Part shown: piece after piece, positions 23,680 through 32,000 of the stretch
Numbering within the stretch: the first letter of the stretch is position 1
Layout of the letters: every line of letters begins with the position of its first letter
NCBI GenBank assembly: GCA_963718915.1
Contig: CAVRAI010000014.1
Location: 30,001-62,000, forward strand
Source of the DNA: an uncultured Chloroflexia bacterium
GTDB lineage: Bacteria > Chloroflexota > Ktedonobacteria > Ktedonobacterales > JADMIN01
Length of the DNA: 32,000 nt
Direction: 5' to 3'
Program-made: the position numbers and the translations under genes
Notes under the pieces: model-generated
Told to the model about the DNA's origin: nothing
Seen by the model: only the letters and a program-made list of their open reading frames with translations
Databases searched by the model: none

Positions 23680-23699
23680 CCTGTCTGCGCCTGTCTGCT
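23680..23699. promoter_or_regulatory. Tandem direct repeat CCTGTCTGCG/CCTGTCTGCT (10-bp phasing), candidate response-regulator box
   Basis: Lies ~75-90 nt upstream of the RR-HK operon start (23607, minus strand). Confidence 0.3.
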
Positions 23700-23769
23700 G
23701 GATGCCAGTGGGATGATGATCACAGACTGTATCACCACCCCAGGGGAGCTAGCTTATTCGTAAGGGTGG

Positions 23770-23979
23770 TTATGAGGCAATCGGTCGCTGTTGCTCACCA
23801 GTCTCACGCGCAAGGTTGGCCTCCATCCGACGTTGCGCCGCTTTCTCGGCGGCCAGCAGCGCCTTGGCGGCGACAAGATTGGCGCGTGGGACGATAACAA
23901 TGCTGCCATCGGCGAGTATGACGCGATCCTCGGTGGCCAAGCGATCCTCACGGCGCGTGCGATGCACCAGCGTAAGCAT
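23770..23979 (-). CDS. Hypothetical small protein (69 aa)
   Basis: Internal ATG 23979 of track ORF 23770-24111 has AAGAGGA 9 nt upstream. No family recognised. Confidence 0.4.
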   Translation of the reverse strand: MLTLVHRTRREDRLATEDRVILADGSIVIVPRANLVAAKALLAAEKAAQRRMEANLARETGEQQRPIAS

Positions 23980-24185
23980 GAGTGTATATCCTCTTGTTGT
24001 GAAAATGGTGTGTCGCTGGCGAAGGCCCAGCGGGTTGTGTGTGCCATCGCTAACATGAGATAGCATAGAGGGGGCATCTGAACACTTCATGAACATAACC
24101 TTGAAGTTCATTCATGAGGGAAATCTCATGCGCTGTGAGCGACGAGAAGAAGCTGAACGAGGAAAAGAGCTAGAGGAATCGAGAA

Positions 24186-24767
24186 ATGATGGATGAGAAG
24201 CGGCTGGTGAAGCTGAGCAAGTATCTCTCACGCCACCTGCGTCACCAGCCGGAGGCGCTTGGGCTGACGCTCGAACCGGGTGGTTGGGTCGCCGTTGATG
24301 TGTTGCTGGCGGCGATGGCGCATCACGGCGTGGCCATCTCGCGGGCGGAGCTTGAGGAGATCGTCGCCCGCAACAACAAACAGCGCTTCGCCTTCGACGC
24401 GACGGCAGAGCGCATTCGCGCCAGCCAGGGACATAGCGTGCCAATTGATCTCCAGCTTGCGCCGATAGCTCCGCCCGCTACGCTCTTTCACGGCACAGGG
24501 AGAGCCGCCATTGACGCGATTCTGCGAGAGGGTCTGCGCAAGATGCGACGCCAGCATGTGCACCTCAGCGACGATTTCGCCACGGCGGTCAAGGTCGGCA
24601 GCCGACATGGCGCGCCCGCCGTGCTGCTGGTGAATGCCGCCACGATGGCGCGCGATGGCTACCTGTTCTACCGCAGCGAGAACGGCGTCTGGCTCACCGA
24701 GAGCGTTCCGCCGCGCTATCTGCACCTCCTCGCGCCCGACGAATGGCCGGATGCCGCCGCTTCGTGA
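24186..24767 (+). CDS. kptA: RNA 2'-phosphotransferase (Tpt1/KptA family)
   Basis: LSKYLSRHLRHQPEALGL..EPGGWV, KQRFAFD, IRASQGHSV, LFHGT, HVHLS. Confidence 0.9.
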   Translation: MMDEKRLVKLSKYLSRHLRHQPEALGLTLEPGGWVAVDVLLAAMAHHGVAISRAELEEIVARNNKQRFAFDATAERIRASQGHSVPIDLQLAPIAPPATLFHGTGRAAIDAILREGLRKMRRQHVHLSDDFATAVKVGSRHGAPAVLLVNAATMARDGYLFYRSENGVWLTESVPPRYLHLLAPDEWPDAAAS

Positions 24768-24988
24768 CCCTGGTACAGCGATTTACGCAGGCGCCAGCGT
24801 ATCCTGCTCCATCGCTTCGGGTACCTGTGGATCAGGTTCATTCGCGGAGAAAGATACCCATATGCGCTACCGATGTATGCCCCGTGGCAGTCAATGTGGC
24901 GCAGGTGTCCGCTCGAACGTTTCTCACTACGAGAGGTGTGTTATGTCTTGGGTAGGGCCAATGAAGTGACCAGAGCGAGGGGGCGTAT

Positions 24989-25330
24989 ATGCCCGCATTC
25001 TTTCGAGCCAATGGCAAAAAACAATTCATTCAGGCACACTACACGATGAACGCCGCGCCGCGCACCGACGAGGAAGTGCGCGAGCTGCTGCGGCTGCTGC
25101 CGCGCTACCGCGTCATGCTTCATAATGATGATGTCCATGCGATGGATGAGGTGGTTCTCGCGCTCGTGCGCACCGTGCCGACGCTCTCCATTGAGGCCGC
25201 CACCGCGATCATGTTCGAGGCGCACAACAACGGCTGCGCGGATGTGATTATCTGCCCGCGCGAGCCAGCGGAATACTACCGCGAGCGGCTGGAGCAATTC
25301 ACCCTCACCTGCACCATCGAGCCAGTATAG
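24989..25330 (+). CDS. clpS: ATP-dependent Clp protease adaptor ClpS
   Basis: YRVMLHNDDVHAMDEVVLALVRTVP ... AIMFEAHNNGCADV. GAGGGGG SD. Confidence 0.9.
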   Translation: MPAFFRANGKKQFIQAHYTMNAAPRTDEEVRELLRLLPRYRVMLHNDDVHAMDEVVLALVRTVPTLSIEAATAIMFEAHNNGCADVIICPREPAEYYRERLEQFTLTCTIEPV

Positions 25331-25747
25331 CTATTCGCTGTCTGGACTTTGCCGGGCAATTTCTGCTGCGGCTCGCTGTTCGGCTCGTCGTAATTTGAAG
25401 GCTCTGTATGATCCATATATGTCCATGACAATTAGGGTCATGGTAGCAACTACGACGATGCCGCCCCATACATAGGCTACCGGCAGTGCCCAGGCAGGCA
25501 CGTTCGGATTGTTCGGCATATCCGAGAAATTCCGTGCGCCAATGAGTAAACCAACAACCACTGGATAACCCATGAGCGCGAAAAAAGCCTCGCCAATGAA
25601 CAATCCCAGTACAAAACGACGCCGTTCAGCTTTAGGCGATAGTGGAAATGAGGATGGTGGGTGTTTGCGATATATTGCCACCATCAAGATTGGGAAGCCA
25701 ACCATCACAACGAGAATAATGATGGTCCAGATGGCTAAATCACCCAT
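25331..25747 (-). CDS. Small membrane protein (138 aa, ~4 TM)
   Basis: Hydrophobic helices. AT-richer than its neighbours. Starts 18 nt after the stop of the upstream 620-aa gene. Confidence 0.6.
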   Translation of the reverse strand: MGDLAIWTIIILVVMVGFPILMVAIYRKHPPSSFPLSPKAERRRFVLGLFIGEAFFALMGYPVVVGLLIGARNFSDMPNNPNVPAWALPVAYVWGGIVVVATMTLIVMDIYGSYRAFKLRRAEQRAAAEIARQSPDSE

Positions 25748-25765
25748 CGTCGCGCATACCCTCGG

Positions 25766-27628
25766 CTATCGCGTCGAGCCGGTCGGCGCGGCCCCGCGAC
25801 GAATACGCAGCGCCTCGGCGCGCGCCACTGCCTCGCCACCGCGCTGGCTGTTGCTGCCAACCTCGTTCTCCAGGATGCGCCGGACCATCGCGATGCTGGC
25901 GGCATAGGTTGAGTCCATGCCGTAGTACGAGAGGCTACCCGCACCGAGATTCTTGCCGCGCGTATAGGGCGTATCCGAGGCGTAGTGGATGATGCCCAGC
26001 TCGAACGGCAGCTTGGCGAAGTTGATATTGTCGTTCGTCGGGTAGCGGGTCATATAGAGGCTCTCGTAGACCGCGTCGAGGTACGGGCCAGCCTCCATCT
26101 CCACCACGCTGTAGTTGGCGCGATAGTAGAAGTCCAGGTAGGCGCGATTCTGCAGGAAGGTGCCTTTGCTGGAGACCGCCTTCTGGTTATCGAGCACCGC
26201 CCCAAAGACGAGATTCTGGCTGACATCGGCGGCGCTGAAACAGTTATCCAGCCAGTAGGTGTTCTGGCTGTGCTCGTCCAGCACGACATTCGAGATCATC
26301 ACGTCGCCGATGCTGCCGTTGAGCGTCGCCGCCTTGCCCAGAATATAGATACCCTTGACCTGCACCAGATTTTCCAACACCTCGCGCAGCACCCGATACG
26401 CCGCCATGCCCAGCGGATAGTCGATGTTGATGATGACGCCGCGGCTATCCATCATCCGTTCAGTGCCAGGGAGGCGCACGCGCGGATCGAGGTCCTCGCC
26501 GCGCACCTTCGCCAGATCAATCACCTGTACGTCAATTTCCAGCCCGTGCTTCGCGCCCAGATACCAGATGCCGCGCTCCTGCTCCTCCACCGGCTTGCTG
26601 CGGGCGAATCCCTGACCCGCGGTGGTGCGCTGGTACTCGCGCGCCACGTAGTAGAGGTAGTTCTGCCAGTTACCCGGCGAGCGGTTCTCCTTCAGCTTCT
26701 TGAACTCATCCGCCAGGAAAGTATCGGCGCCCGTCACAGCGAACCGCGAGAGTTCATCCTCGCGGCGGCGCACGACTCCCGAGAGCAGGTTGGCGACACT
26801 GTGGGTGTTGCTGGAGATGAAGTAGACGGGACGCCGCCCCATCCGCACGTCATCCATCAGCTTGGCAATCGGCGACCACCAGCGGCGTGTCGCGCGGACG
26901 AAGCCGACGTGCGAGCCGCCGAGCATGCGCAGGGTGAAGTTCTTGCGCTCTTTGCCGATGGCAAGCAAATTGGTCCAGACGTTGTCGCCCCACATGACTT
27001 CGAGCCGCCGCCAGTCATCGACGCTGACTTTCAGCCGCTCGCGCACGACCTTGCTGATCTCGGCGTAGACGGGCGAGGCGCGGTCAACACGGCTTTCGAG
27101 CAGTTGCATGGTGGTGGCGTCGGCGTTGAGCAGCCAGTGGAACTTGTTCCACTCGATCTGGAGTGCGACGAGCGTCGGCACGATGTCATCGGTGTCGCTG
27201 ACGCTGGCGATATAGACGGCCAGGGTATTCTTGCCGTCGAAGAACCACTGGCGGCGGCGGGCGGAGGCGCTGACGGCCTGCCACTGCGCGACCTGGAAAT
27301 TATGCTGGGCGAAGACCTCGTCCGACTGGCCGAGCAGCACGCGCGAACATTGCAGAATCGCCGTGGGCAGACGCAGCACGGTGTAGATGAACGCGGACAT
27401 ATCGGGATCGCTGGAGCGCGCCTGTGGATGCAGCACGGAGTCGATGTTGTAGTGCGCCTGGACGAGCGCCTTGAGGCCGACCTCGCCGGAGCTACGCAGC
27501 AGTGTCTGGTAGGTGCGGATGTACATCTCGACTTCGCGCTTGCCAGCCTCGTGCAGTTCATCGGCTGACTCATCACTCGCGCCAATGCCACGCTCAGCGC
27601 GTCGTGCCGCGCCGTTTGCATCTACCAC
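25766..27628 (-). CDS. Large uncharacterised protein with C-terminal PNP/UDP-phosphorylase (AMP-nucleosidase-like) domain
   Basis: 620 aa, GTG start with GGAGAAGGGG upstream. C-terminal VIINIDYPLGMAAYRVL ... GIYILGKAATLNGSIGDVMISNVVLDEHS ... VVEMEAGPY matches the phosphorylase-superfamily strand/Gly-rich/EME layout. The ~380-aa N-terminal region is not recognised. Confidence 0.6.
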   Translation of the reverse strand: MVDANGAARRAERGIGASDESADELHEAGKREVEMYIRTYQTLLRSSGEVGLKALVQAHYNIDSVLHPQARSSDPDMSAFIYTVLRLPTAILQCSRVLLGQSDEVFAQHNFQVAQWQAVSASARRRQWFFDGKNTLAVYIASVSDTDDIVPTLVALQIEWNKFHWLLNADATTMQLLESRVDRASPVYAEISKVVRERLKVSVDDWRRLEVMWGDNVWTNLLAIGKERKNFTLRMLGGSHVGFVRATRRWWSPIAKLMDDVRMGRRPVYFISSNTHSVANLLSGVVRRREDELSRFAVTGADTFLADEFKKLKENRSPGNWQNYLYYVAREYQRTTAGQGFARSKPVEEQERGIWYLGAKHGLEIDVQVIDLAKVRGEDLDPRVRLPGTERMMDSRGVIINIDYPLGMAAYRVLREVLENLVQVKGIYILGKAATLNGSIGDVMISNVVLDEHSQNTYWLDNCFSAADVSQNLVFGAVLDNQKAVSSKGTFLQNRAYLDFYYRANYSVVEMEAGPYLDAVYESLYMTRYPTNDNINFAKLPFELGIIHYASDTPYTRGKNLGAGSLSYYGMDSTYAASIAMVRRILENEVGSNSQRGGEAVARAEALRIRRGAAPTGSTR

Positions 27629-27890
27629 GTTGGTATCCCCTTCTCCAGCCTGCGTCCGCCCATGCCGTGCCGCATAGTGGCGTCATTATATATGATATGG
27701 GGCAAGACTGGCCAGCAAAGCGGCCTATTGTGCAGAGAAGCACAGTCGCGCATTTGCGGTGTAGCATAGACAGCACATTGATTGGCGACACAAGTGGCGA
27801 ACGTACCGTGCTGTAGCATGAATGCCACGGCTAATCCCAGTCGAGCAGCGCGCATGCCGATGGCAGGCAGATCTGACGCCATCAGGATTA

Positions 27891-27913
27891 GCCGTAGGTC
27901 TTCAGCCTACGGC
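27891..27913. repeat. REP-like hairpin GCCGTAGG-TCTTCAG-CCTACGGC (probable terminator for the LysR gene)
   Basis: 8-bp stem, 40 nt downstream of the LysR stop (27954, minus strand). Confidence 0.6.
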
Positions 27914-27953
27914 GCGGTTGCCCTGGTGCACTGGCGCCCGCGAATAGTAGCGC

Positions 27954-28859
27954 TCATCCCCCGTTGCCCAGCACCTCCGGCACGCGCACGCCGCGCACCA
28001 TCTCGGCGAAGGCCGTTGCAGCGGGAGAGAGCGTCCGCCCGCTCCACTGCACCAGCGCCACATCATAGGGCGGCAATGTGGCGTCGCGCACGCGGATGCT
28101 GACCAACTCGCCGCGCTCCAGCTCGTCCCAGACGGCGATAGATGGCAGCACCGTCACGCCCAGCCCGCGGCGCAGCAGTTGGGTCATCACCTCGCCCGCG
28201 TTGGCTTCGATGGCAATCGACGTCGCGCCATCCGGCGGCAAGACGTGGCGCAGCCCCAGCCGCGTTGGCCCCGCCTGCGTCGAGAGGATGGTGTGGTGGG
28301 CCAGGTCGGCGCGGGAACATTCGCCGAGGCGCGCCAGCGGGTGATCGTGGCTGGCGACCAGCAGCAGCGGATCGCTATAGCTCCAGAGCACCTCGGCGCG
28401 TGGCTCGAGTTGCGCCTGGGAGCAGATGGCAAGCTGAATCACGCCATCCAGCAGGCTCTCCATCAGCGCGGGACTGGTAGCCGTGCGGACGCGAATCGGC
28501 ACGTCGGGATGCTGGCGGTGGAATAACTCGACCAGTCGGGGGACGAGATACTGGCTGGCGCTCAGATTCGCGCCCAGCGTGAGCCGTCCCAGCCCGCCGA
28601 GCGCGAGCCGCTGCGCCTCGGCGACGCCCTCCGTCCGTAGCGCCAGCATCCGTTCAGCGTACGGCAGCAGCGCCCGTCCCGTCTCGCTCAGCTCCAGCGT
28701 ATGGCCGTGGCGCAGAAACAACTGCGACCCCAGTTCGCCTTCGAGCGCGCTGATGCGTCCGCTCAGCGTCGGCTGCGCCAGCCCCAGCACCACGGCGGCC
28801 CGCGAGAAGCTGTGCGTGCGGGCTATGTAGACGAACGTCTCCAACTGATCGAGGGTCAT
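27954..28859 (-). CDS. LysR-family transcriptional regulator
   Basis: MTLDQLETFVYIARTHSFSRAAVVLGLAQPTLSGRISALE plus a substrate-binding domain. Start moved to ATG 28859. Confidence 0.9.
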   Translation of the reverse strand: MTLDQLETFVYIARTHSFSRAAVVLGLAQPTLSGRISALEGELGSQLFLRHGHTLELSETGRALLPYAERMLALRTEGVAEAQRLALGGLGRLTLGANLSASQYLVPRLVELFHRQHPDVPIRVRTATSPALMESLLDGVIQLAICSQAQLEPRAEVLWSYSDPLLLVASHDHPLARLGECSRADLAHHTILSTQAGPTRLGLRHVLPPDGATSIAIEANAGEVMTQLLRRGLGVTVLPSIAVWDELERGELVSIRVRDATLPPYDVALVQWSGRTLSPAATAFAEMVRGVRVPEVLGNGG

Positions 28860-28876
28860 CTTCCGCCTTCCAGCCA

Positions 28877-28897
28877 AGTATCGAGAAATCCGATACT
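28877..28897. promoter_or_regulatory. Perfect dyad AGTATCG-N7-CGATACT (candidate LysR box)
   Basis: 18 nt upstream of the LysR start, in the divergent intergenic region. Confidence 0.4.
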
Positions 28898-29005
28898 GAC
28901 TATCGCTTGCAGTGGCTGGCATTATAGCCCATTCTCAGGTACGCTCAAAGCACAGCGGCTGGCGGTTAATGTGTTTTTAGCAATTACCGGGGATACTGCG
29001 CGGCG

Positions 29006-29172
29006 GTGCGCGGGCGGTTAAAACCGCGCCTGAAGGGCCTGCGGCCACGAAACCCGCCGTCGCGGGTTTCAACAACCTGCCCTAGCGAGAGTACAGTAAG
29101 GGTACCGTCTGGACAGCCCGCGGAGGCGGGCTTTGCGGCCACAGGCCCATAGGCGCGGCTTCAGCCGCCTGC
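29006..29172. repeat. REP-like hairpin array
   Basis: 29006-29071 parallels 17576-17640, and 29110-29172 parallels 19614-19686, with compensatory stem differences. Confidence 0.75.
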
Positions 29173-29203
29173 CGCCAAGACATGCCAAGATACGGAGCAA
29201 CAC

Positions 29204-30376
29204 ATGAGCGAGACATTGATTCTTGCGCTGGACCATATGCAACTGGCGATGCCGCGTGGCGCGGAAGAGCAAGCGCGTGCATTCTACGGTGGCGCGCTGG
29301 GGCTGGAGGAGCTGCCGAAGCCACCGGCGCTGGCCGCGCGTGGCGGCGTCTGGTTCCGCTGCGGCGAGCAGCAGATAAACCTGGGCGTCGAAGAAGACTT
29401 TCATCCTCAGCGCAAGGGACATCCCGGCCTGCTCGTGCGCGATCTGGCAGCGGTCCGCGCGCGACTGGAGGCGGCGGGCGCGCCCATCATCCCTGATGAT
29501 TTGCTGCCCGGCTACGAGCGCTTCTATACCGCCGACCCCTTCGGCAACCGCATCGAGTGCCTGCGCCCACTGGCGGATACTCCCGATACGGAGAGCGCGG
29601 AGAGCGAGGCGATCAAGGCGCGGGTGCGCGAGATGTTCGGCGAGTCGGCGGGGGCGTATGTCGCCAGCCCTGGCCATGCCGGTGGCGCTGACCTCAATCG
29701 TCTCGTAGAGCTGGCTGCACCATCCCTCAGCGACCGCGCGCTCGACATCTCGACCGGTGGCGGGCATACCGCGCTGGCGCTCGCCCCGCATGTCGCCCAC
29801 ATGACGGCCAGCGACCTGACCCCGCGCATGCTGGCCGCCGCACGCGACTTCCTGACGGCCAGCGGCGTCACCAACGCCAGCTATGTCATCGCCGACGCAG
29901 AGCACCTGCCCTTCCTCGACGCCAGCTTCGATCTGGTGACGGTACGCATCGCGCCGCATCACTACGCCAGCGTTACGGCGGCGGCGCATGAGATGGCGCG
30001 GGTGCTACGTCCCGGCGGGCGGCTGGTGCTGATCGACAACATCGCGCCCGAAGACGCGGCGCTGGACGAGTTGGGCAACCGCTGGGAAAAGTGGCGCGAC
30101 CCCAGCCACGTGCGCAATTACACCGCGAGCGAGTGGCGGACGTTTCTAGCGGATGCGGGCCTCGAAATCACCGACGAGGAGACACAGCGCAAGACATACG
30201 ACTTCGTCTCCTGGACCGCACGCATGCGGATGCCAACGGATGAGCGCGCGAAGCTGGAGGCCGACATTCTGGGCGCTTCACCGGAGGCACGCGAATACTT
30301 CGCGGTGACGGAGGCGGACGGCCACCTCGTCAGTTGGAGCGCGGACTTCCTGATTGCCCGCGCCGTCAAGCAATGA
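29204..30376 (+). CDS. VOC/glyoxalase-like domain fused to class I SAM-dependent methyltransferase
   Basis: N-terminus: LDHMQLAMPRG..ARAFYGGALGL, FYTADPFGNRIE. C-terminus: ALDISTGGGHTALALA (motif I), ADAEHLPFLDASFDLVT, VLRPGGRLVLID. Confidence 0.85.
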   Translation: MSETLILALDHMQLAMPRGAEEQARAFYGGALGLEELPKPPALAARGGVWFRCGEQQINLGVEEDFHPQRKGHPGLLVRDLAAVRARLEAAGAPIIPDDLLPGYERFYTADPFGNRIECLRPLADTPDTESAESEAIKARVREMFGESAGAYVASPGHAGGADLNRLVELAAPSLSDRALDISTGGGHTALALAPHVAHMTASDLTPRMLAAARDFLTASGVTNASYVIADAEHLPFLDASFDLVTVRIAPHHYASVTAAAHEMARVLRPGGRLVLIDNIAPEDAALDELGNRWEKWRDPSHVRNYTASEWRTFLADAGLEITDEETQRKTYDFVSWTARMRMPTDERAKLEADILGASPEAREYFAVTEADGHLVSWSADFLIARAVKQ

Positions 30377-30396
30377 TGTGTAGTACACAAAGCTGA

Positions 30397-30948
30397 TTAT
30401 GAACGGACAGGCCCAGTAGTAAGAGGAAACGTCGAGATGGTTCCCATCACATCGAGGCGCACCATATCGCCTTCCACCTGGTAATCCCAGGGTGGCTCGA
30501 CGAAGGTTGTCCAGAGCTTGTTGGCCTGGGTATCCCACGCGGCCAGTTCCAGTTCGGCGGACATCACTATTGTCTCGCCATGGCGCTGCCAGTCGTGGAA
30601 GCCAGTATCGGCGCCATCTTCCCATAACCGTAGAGGCTGTTTCAGGTCATAGGCCAGGAGGCGATCTCCGGCCCCAACGAAGAGAATGTGTGTCTCTGGC
30701 ACAAGCAGAATACCGGGGTGAGAGCCTGCCCAATGGTTTGGCCAATAACGCTGGATGACGCGAAGAAACGGCCAGTCAAGTCCTTTTTGTACCGCGAGAT
30801 AGAAGACGTCCCAGTCGGTGTGTTCGAGGCCAAACTCCTCTGAGAGCGCCGCGGGCGGACCGTAATACTCAGGAATACTTTCCGTCATCCTCACGACATA
30901 GTCGGATAGCGTCACCTGGATCACTATGTCGCCTACTTTCTTACTCAT
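30397..30948 (-). CDS. Hypothetical protein (183 aa)
   Basis: ATG 30948 overlaps the upstream stop (ATGA), implying translational coupling to the GNAT gene. No family recognised. Confidence 0.55.
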   Translation of the reverse strand: MSKKVGDIVIQVTLSDYVVRMTESIPEYYGPPAALSEEFGLEHTDWDVFYLAVQKGLDWPFLRVIQRYWPNHWAGSHPGILLVPETHILFVGAGDRLLAYDLKQPLRLWEDGADTGFHDWQRHGETIVMSAELELAAWDTQANKLWTTFVEPPWDYQVEGDMVRLDVMGTISTFPLTTGPVRS

Positions 30949-31808
30949 CCCAGCGGCAGCAGCATCTCCCACTGGGTGTGGGGTGTCGGGCAGCCCAGCG
31001 ACAGGAGCGCGTCACCGAGCGGGTCGCCCGGCGCTACATTGATCGCCCGGAGCGGCGCGCCCGGCGTCGGGGCCATCAGCGCGCGAATTAGCGCCAGCGC
31101 ATCATCGCGGCGCGCTTCGGGGGTGGCGGCACGGGAGCCGAAATCCATGATGCTGAAGCCGAGACCAGATGGCATGTGAATCAGCGTGGCCCGGATGCCG
31201 TTCCCATCCATCAGAGCGGAGGCGTGGAGCGATGGCGCCATGTGCGCCAGTGAGGGACGATCCCGCTGCCATGGCGGCGGCGGCTGATGGAGCGCGGTGA
31301 AGTCGGCCAGCGCCTGCTCGACGGTGACATCCTCTACCGAATACAGCTCTTCGGCCAGAATCGCCCCTTCGGCCAGTGGTCCGGTGAAGACCGCCAGCGA
31401 CCGCACCTCCTCGAAGCCAAGGCGGGTGTAGAGCCGCCGCGCGGGGATATTCTGCGCCAGCGCCTCTAGCTCGACGGCGGCCAACCCAAGCGTCCGCGCC
31501 TCGTTCAGCGCCGCCTCCATCAGCGGAGCCGCCTGACCGCGCCCGCGCCACTGCGGCGCAAGCCCCATCCCAGCGATCCAGCCGCGCGACCCGCGTATCG
31601 CCAGCATGACCACGCCGCTGAGCTGTCCCTGTTCATCCACCGCGACGAATGAATGATCCAGCGCGACATCGTTCACCTCGATGAGCATGCGCAATGAGTC
31701 AACGGTGTGGGTCATCGGCACAAAATAGCCTTCAAACGAGCGATTGAAGGCCTCGACGACACGCTCTGGCGCGAGCGTCTCTGCTCGCAGATAGGTCAGG
31801 GTCTCCAC
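30945..31808 (-). CDS. GNAT-family N-acetyltransferase with C-terminal extension
   Basis: GWIAGMGLAPQWRGRGQAAPLMEAALNEARTLG ... ARRLYTRLGFEE. GTG start. Confidence 0.8.
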   Translation of the reverse strand: METLTYLRAETLAPERVVEAFNRSFEGYFVPMTHTVDSLRMLIEVNDVALDHSFVAVDEQGQLSGVVMLAIRGSRGWIAGMGLAPQWRGRGQAAPLMEAALNEARTLGLAAVELEALAQNIPARRLYTRLGFEEVRSLAVFTGPLAEGAILAEELYSVEDVTVEQALADFTALHQPPPPWQRDRPSLAHMAPSLHASALMDGNGIRATLIHMPSGLGFSIMDFGSRAATPEARRDDALALIRALMAPTPGAPLRAINVAPGDPLGDALLSLGCPTPHTQWEMLLPLG

Positions 31809-31830
31809 AGTGGTCCTTTTTCGCGGATAA

Positions 31831-32000
31831 TTAGCCGATGATATCCAGTAAGTGCAGCGGCAGGCTCACACGCTCGCCGGTATCCAGCTCGACGGTGGCG
31901 CAGCGGGTGCGCAGTCCGGCGGCGTCCACCGCCATATGCGCGGGGACATGGCGAATCATCCCCCGCATCCCACGGCGCGCGCCAGCGGCCACGCGCACGA
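31831..32000 (-). CDS. C-terminal fragment of an unidentified protein (5' end outside window)
   Basis: Hand translation of the minus strand is open from the window edge to TAA (plus-strand TTA at 31831-31833): ...RGMIRHVPAHMAVDAAGLRTRCATVELDTGERVSLPLHLLDIIG*. Confidence 0.5.
   Translation of the reverse strand, partial: VRVAAGARRGMRGMIRHVPAHMAVDAAGLRTRCATVELDTGERVSLPLHLLDIIG

Noticed and set aside
25985-27568. 527-aa plus-strand ORF
   Set aside because: It is a shadow of the 620-aa PNP-like gene. It is rich in H/R/D/A/V, has no SD and no recognisable motifs.
21302-27628. Detocs-like defence idea (histidine kinase + response regulator + PNP-domain protein)
   Set aside because: The PNP-like protein has no receiver domain and lies 2 kb away beyond kptA and clpS on mixed strands. 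The HK/RR pair is an ordinary OmpR-type operon.

Overview
High-GC (~65% by hand count of sample lines) bacterial chromosomal segment with AT-richer accessory patches. The taxon cannot be established from the sequence; gene content, a solo TnpB and dense hairpin repeats would fit a Chloroflexota/Ktedonobacteria-like genome. Left third (1-11250): an AT-rich (~45%) gene for a multi-pass membrane protein ending in a TIR domain (cut by the window edge, absent from the ORF track), then a membrane fatty-acid desaturase. A ~50% GC island follows, with small Shine-Dalgarno-supported orphan genes (RRM RNA-binding protein, Sm/Hfq-like protein, Cys/His-rich protein, small membrane proteins). The island ends in the most unusual locus: an Xre-HTH repressor-like gene and an ImmA/IrrE Zn-peptidase gene that each carry a paralogous nucleoside-2-deoxyribosyltransferase/TIR-like alpha/beta domain, behind a divergent promoter region with a short promoter-SD-hairpin unit. 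Remainder: msrA, trmO/tsaA, mop, MarR-GNAT, a solo IS605/IS1341-type TnpB with intact RuvC motifs but no canonical start codon, maleylacetate-reductase-like Fe-ADH, DinB/MDMPI-like protein, VOC dioxygenase, two GNATs, DUF1684, alpha/beta hydrolase, an OmpR-type two-component pair, kptA, clpS, a 620-aa AMP-nucleosidase/PNP-like protein, and LysR divergent from a VOC-methyltransferase fusion. Intergenic spaces in the high-GC part hold a modular family of short GC-stem hairpins built on GCCGTAG (REP-like), with compensatory stem changes and one nested insertion. No rRNA, tRNA or CRISPR array was seen. All homology calls are motif recognition by eye; no searches were run.
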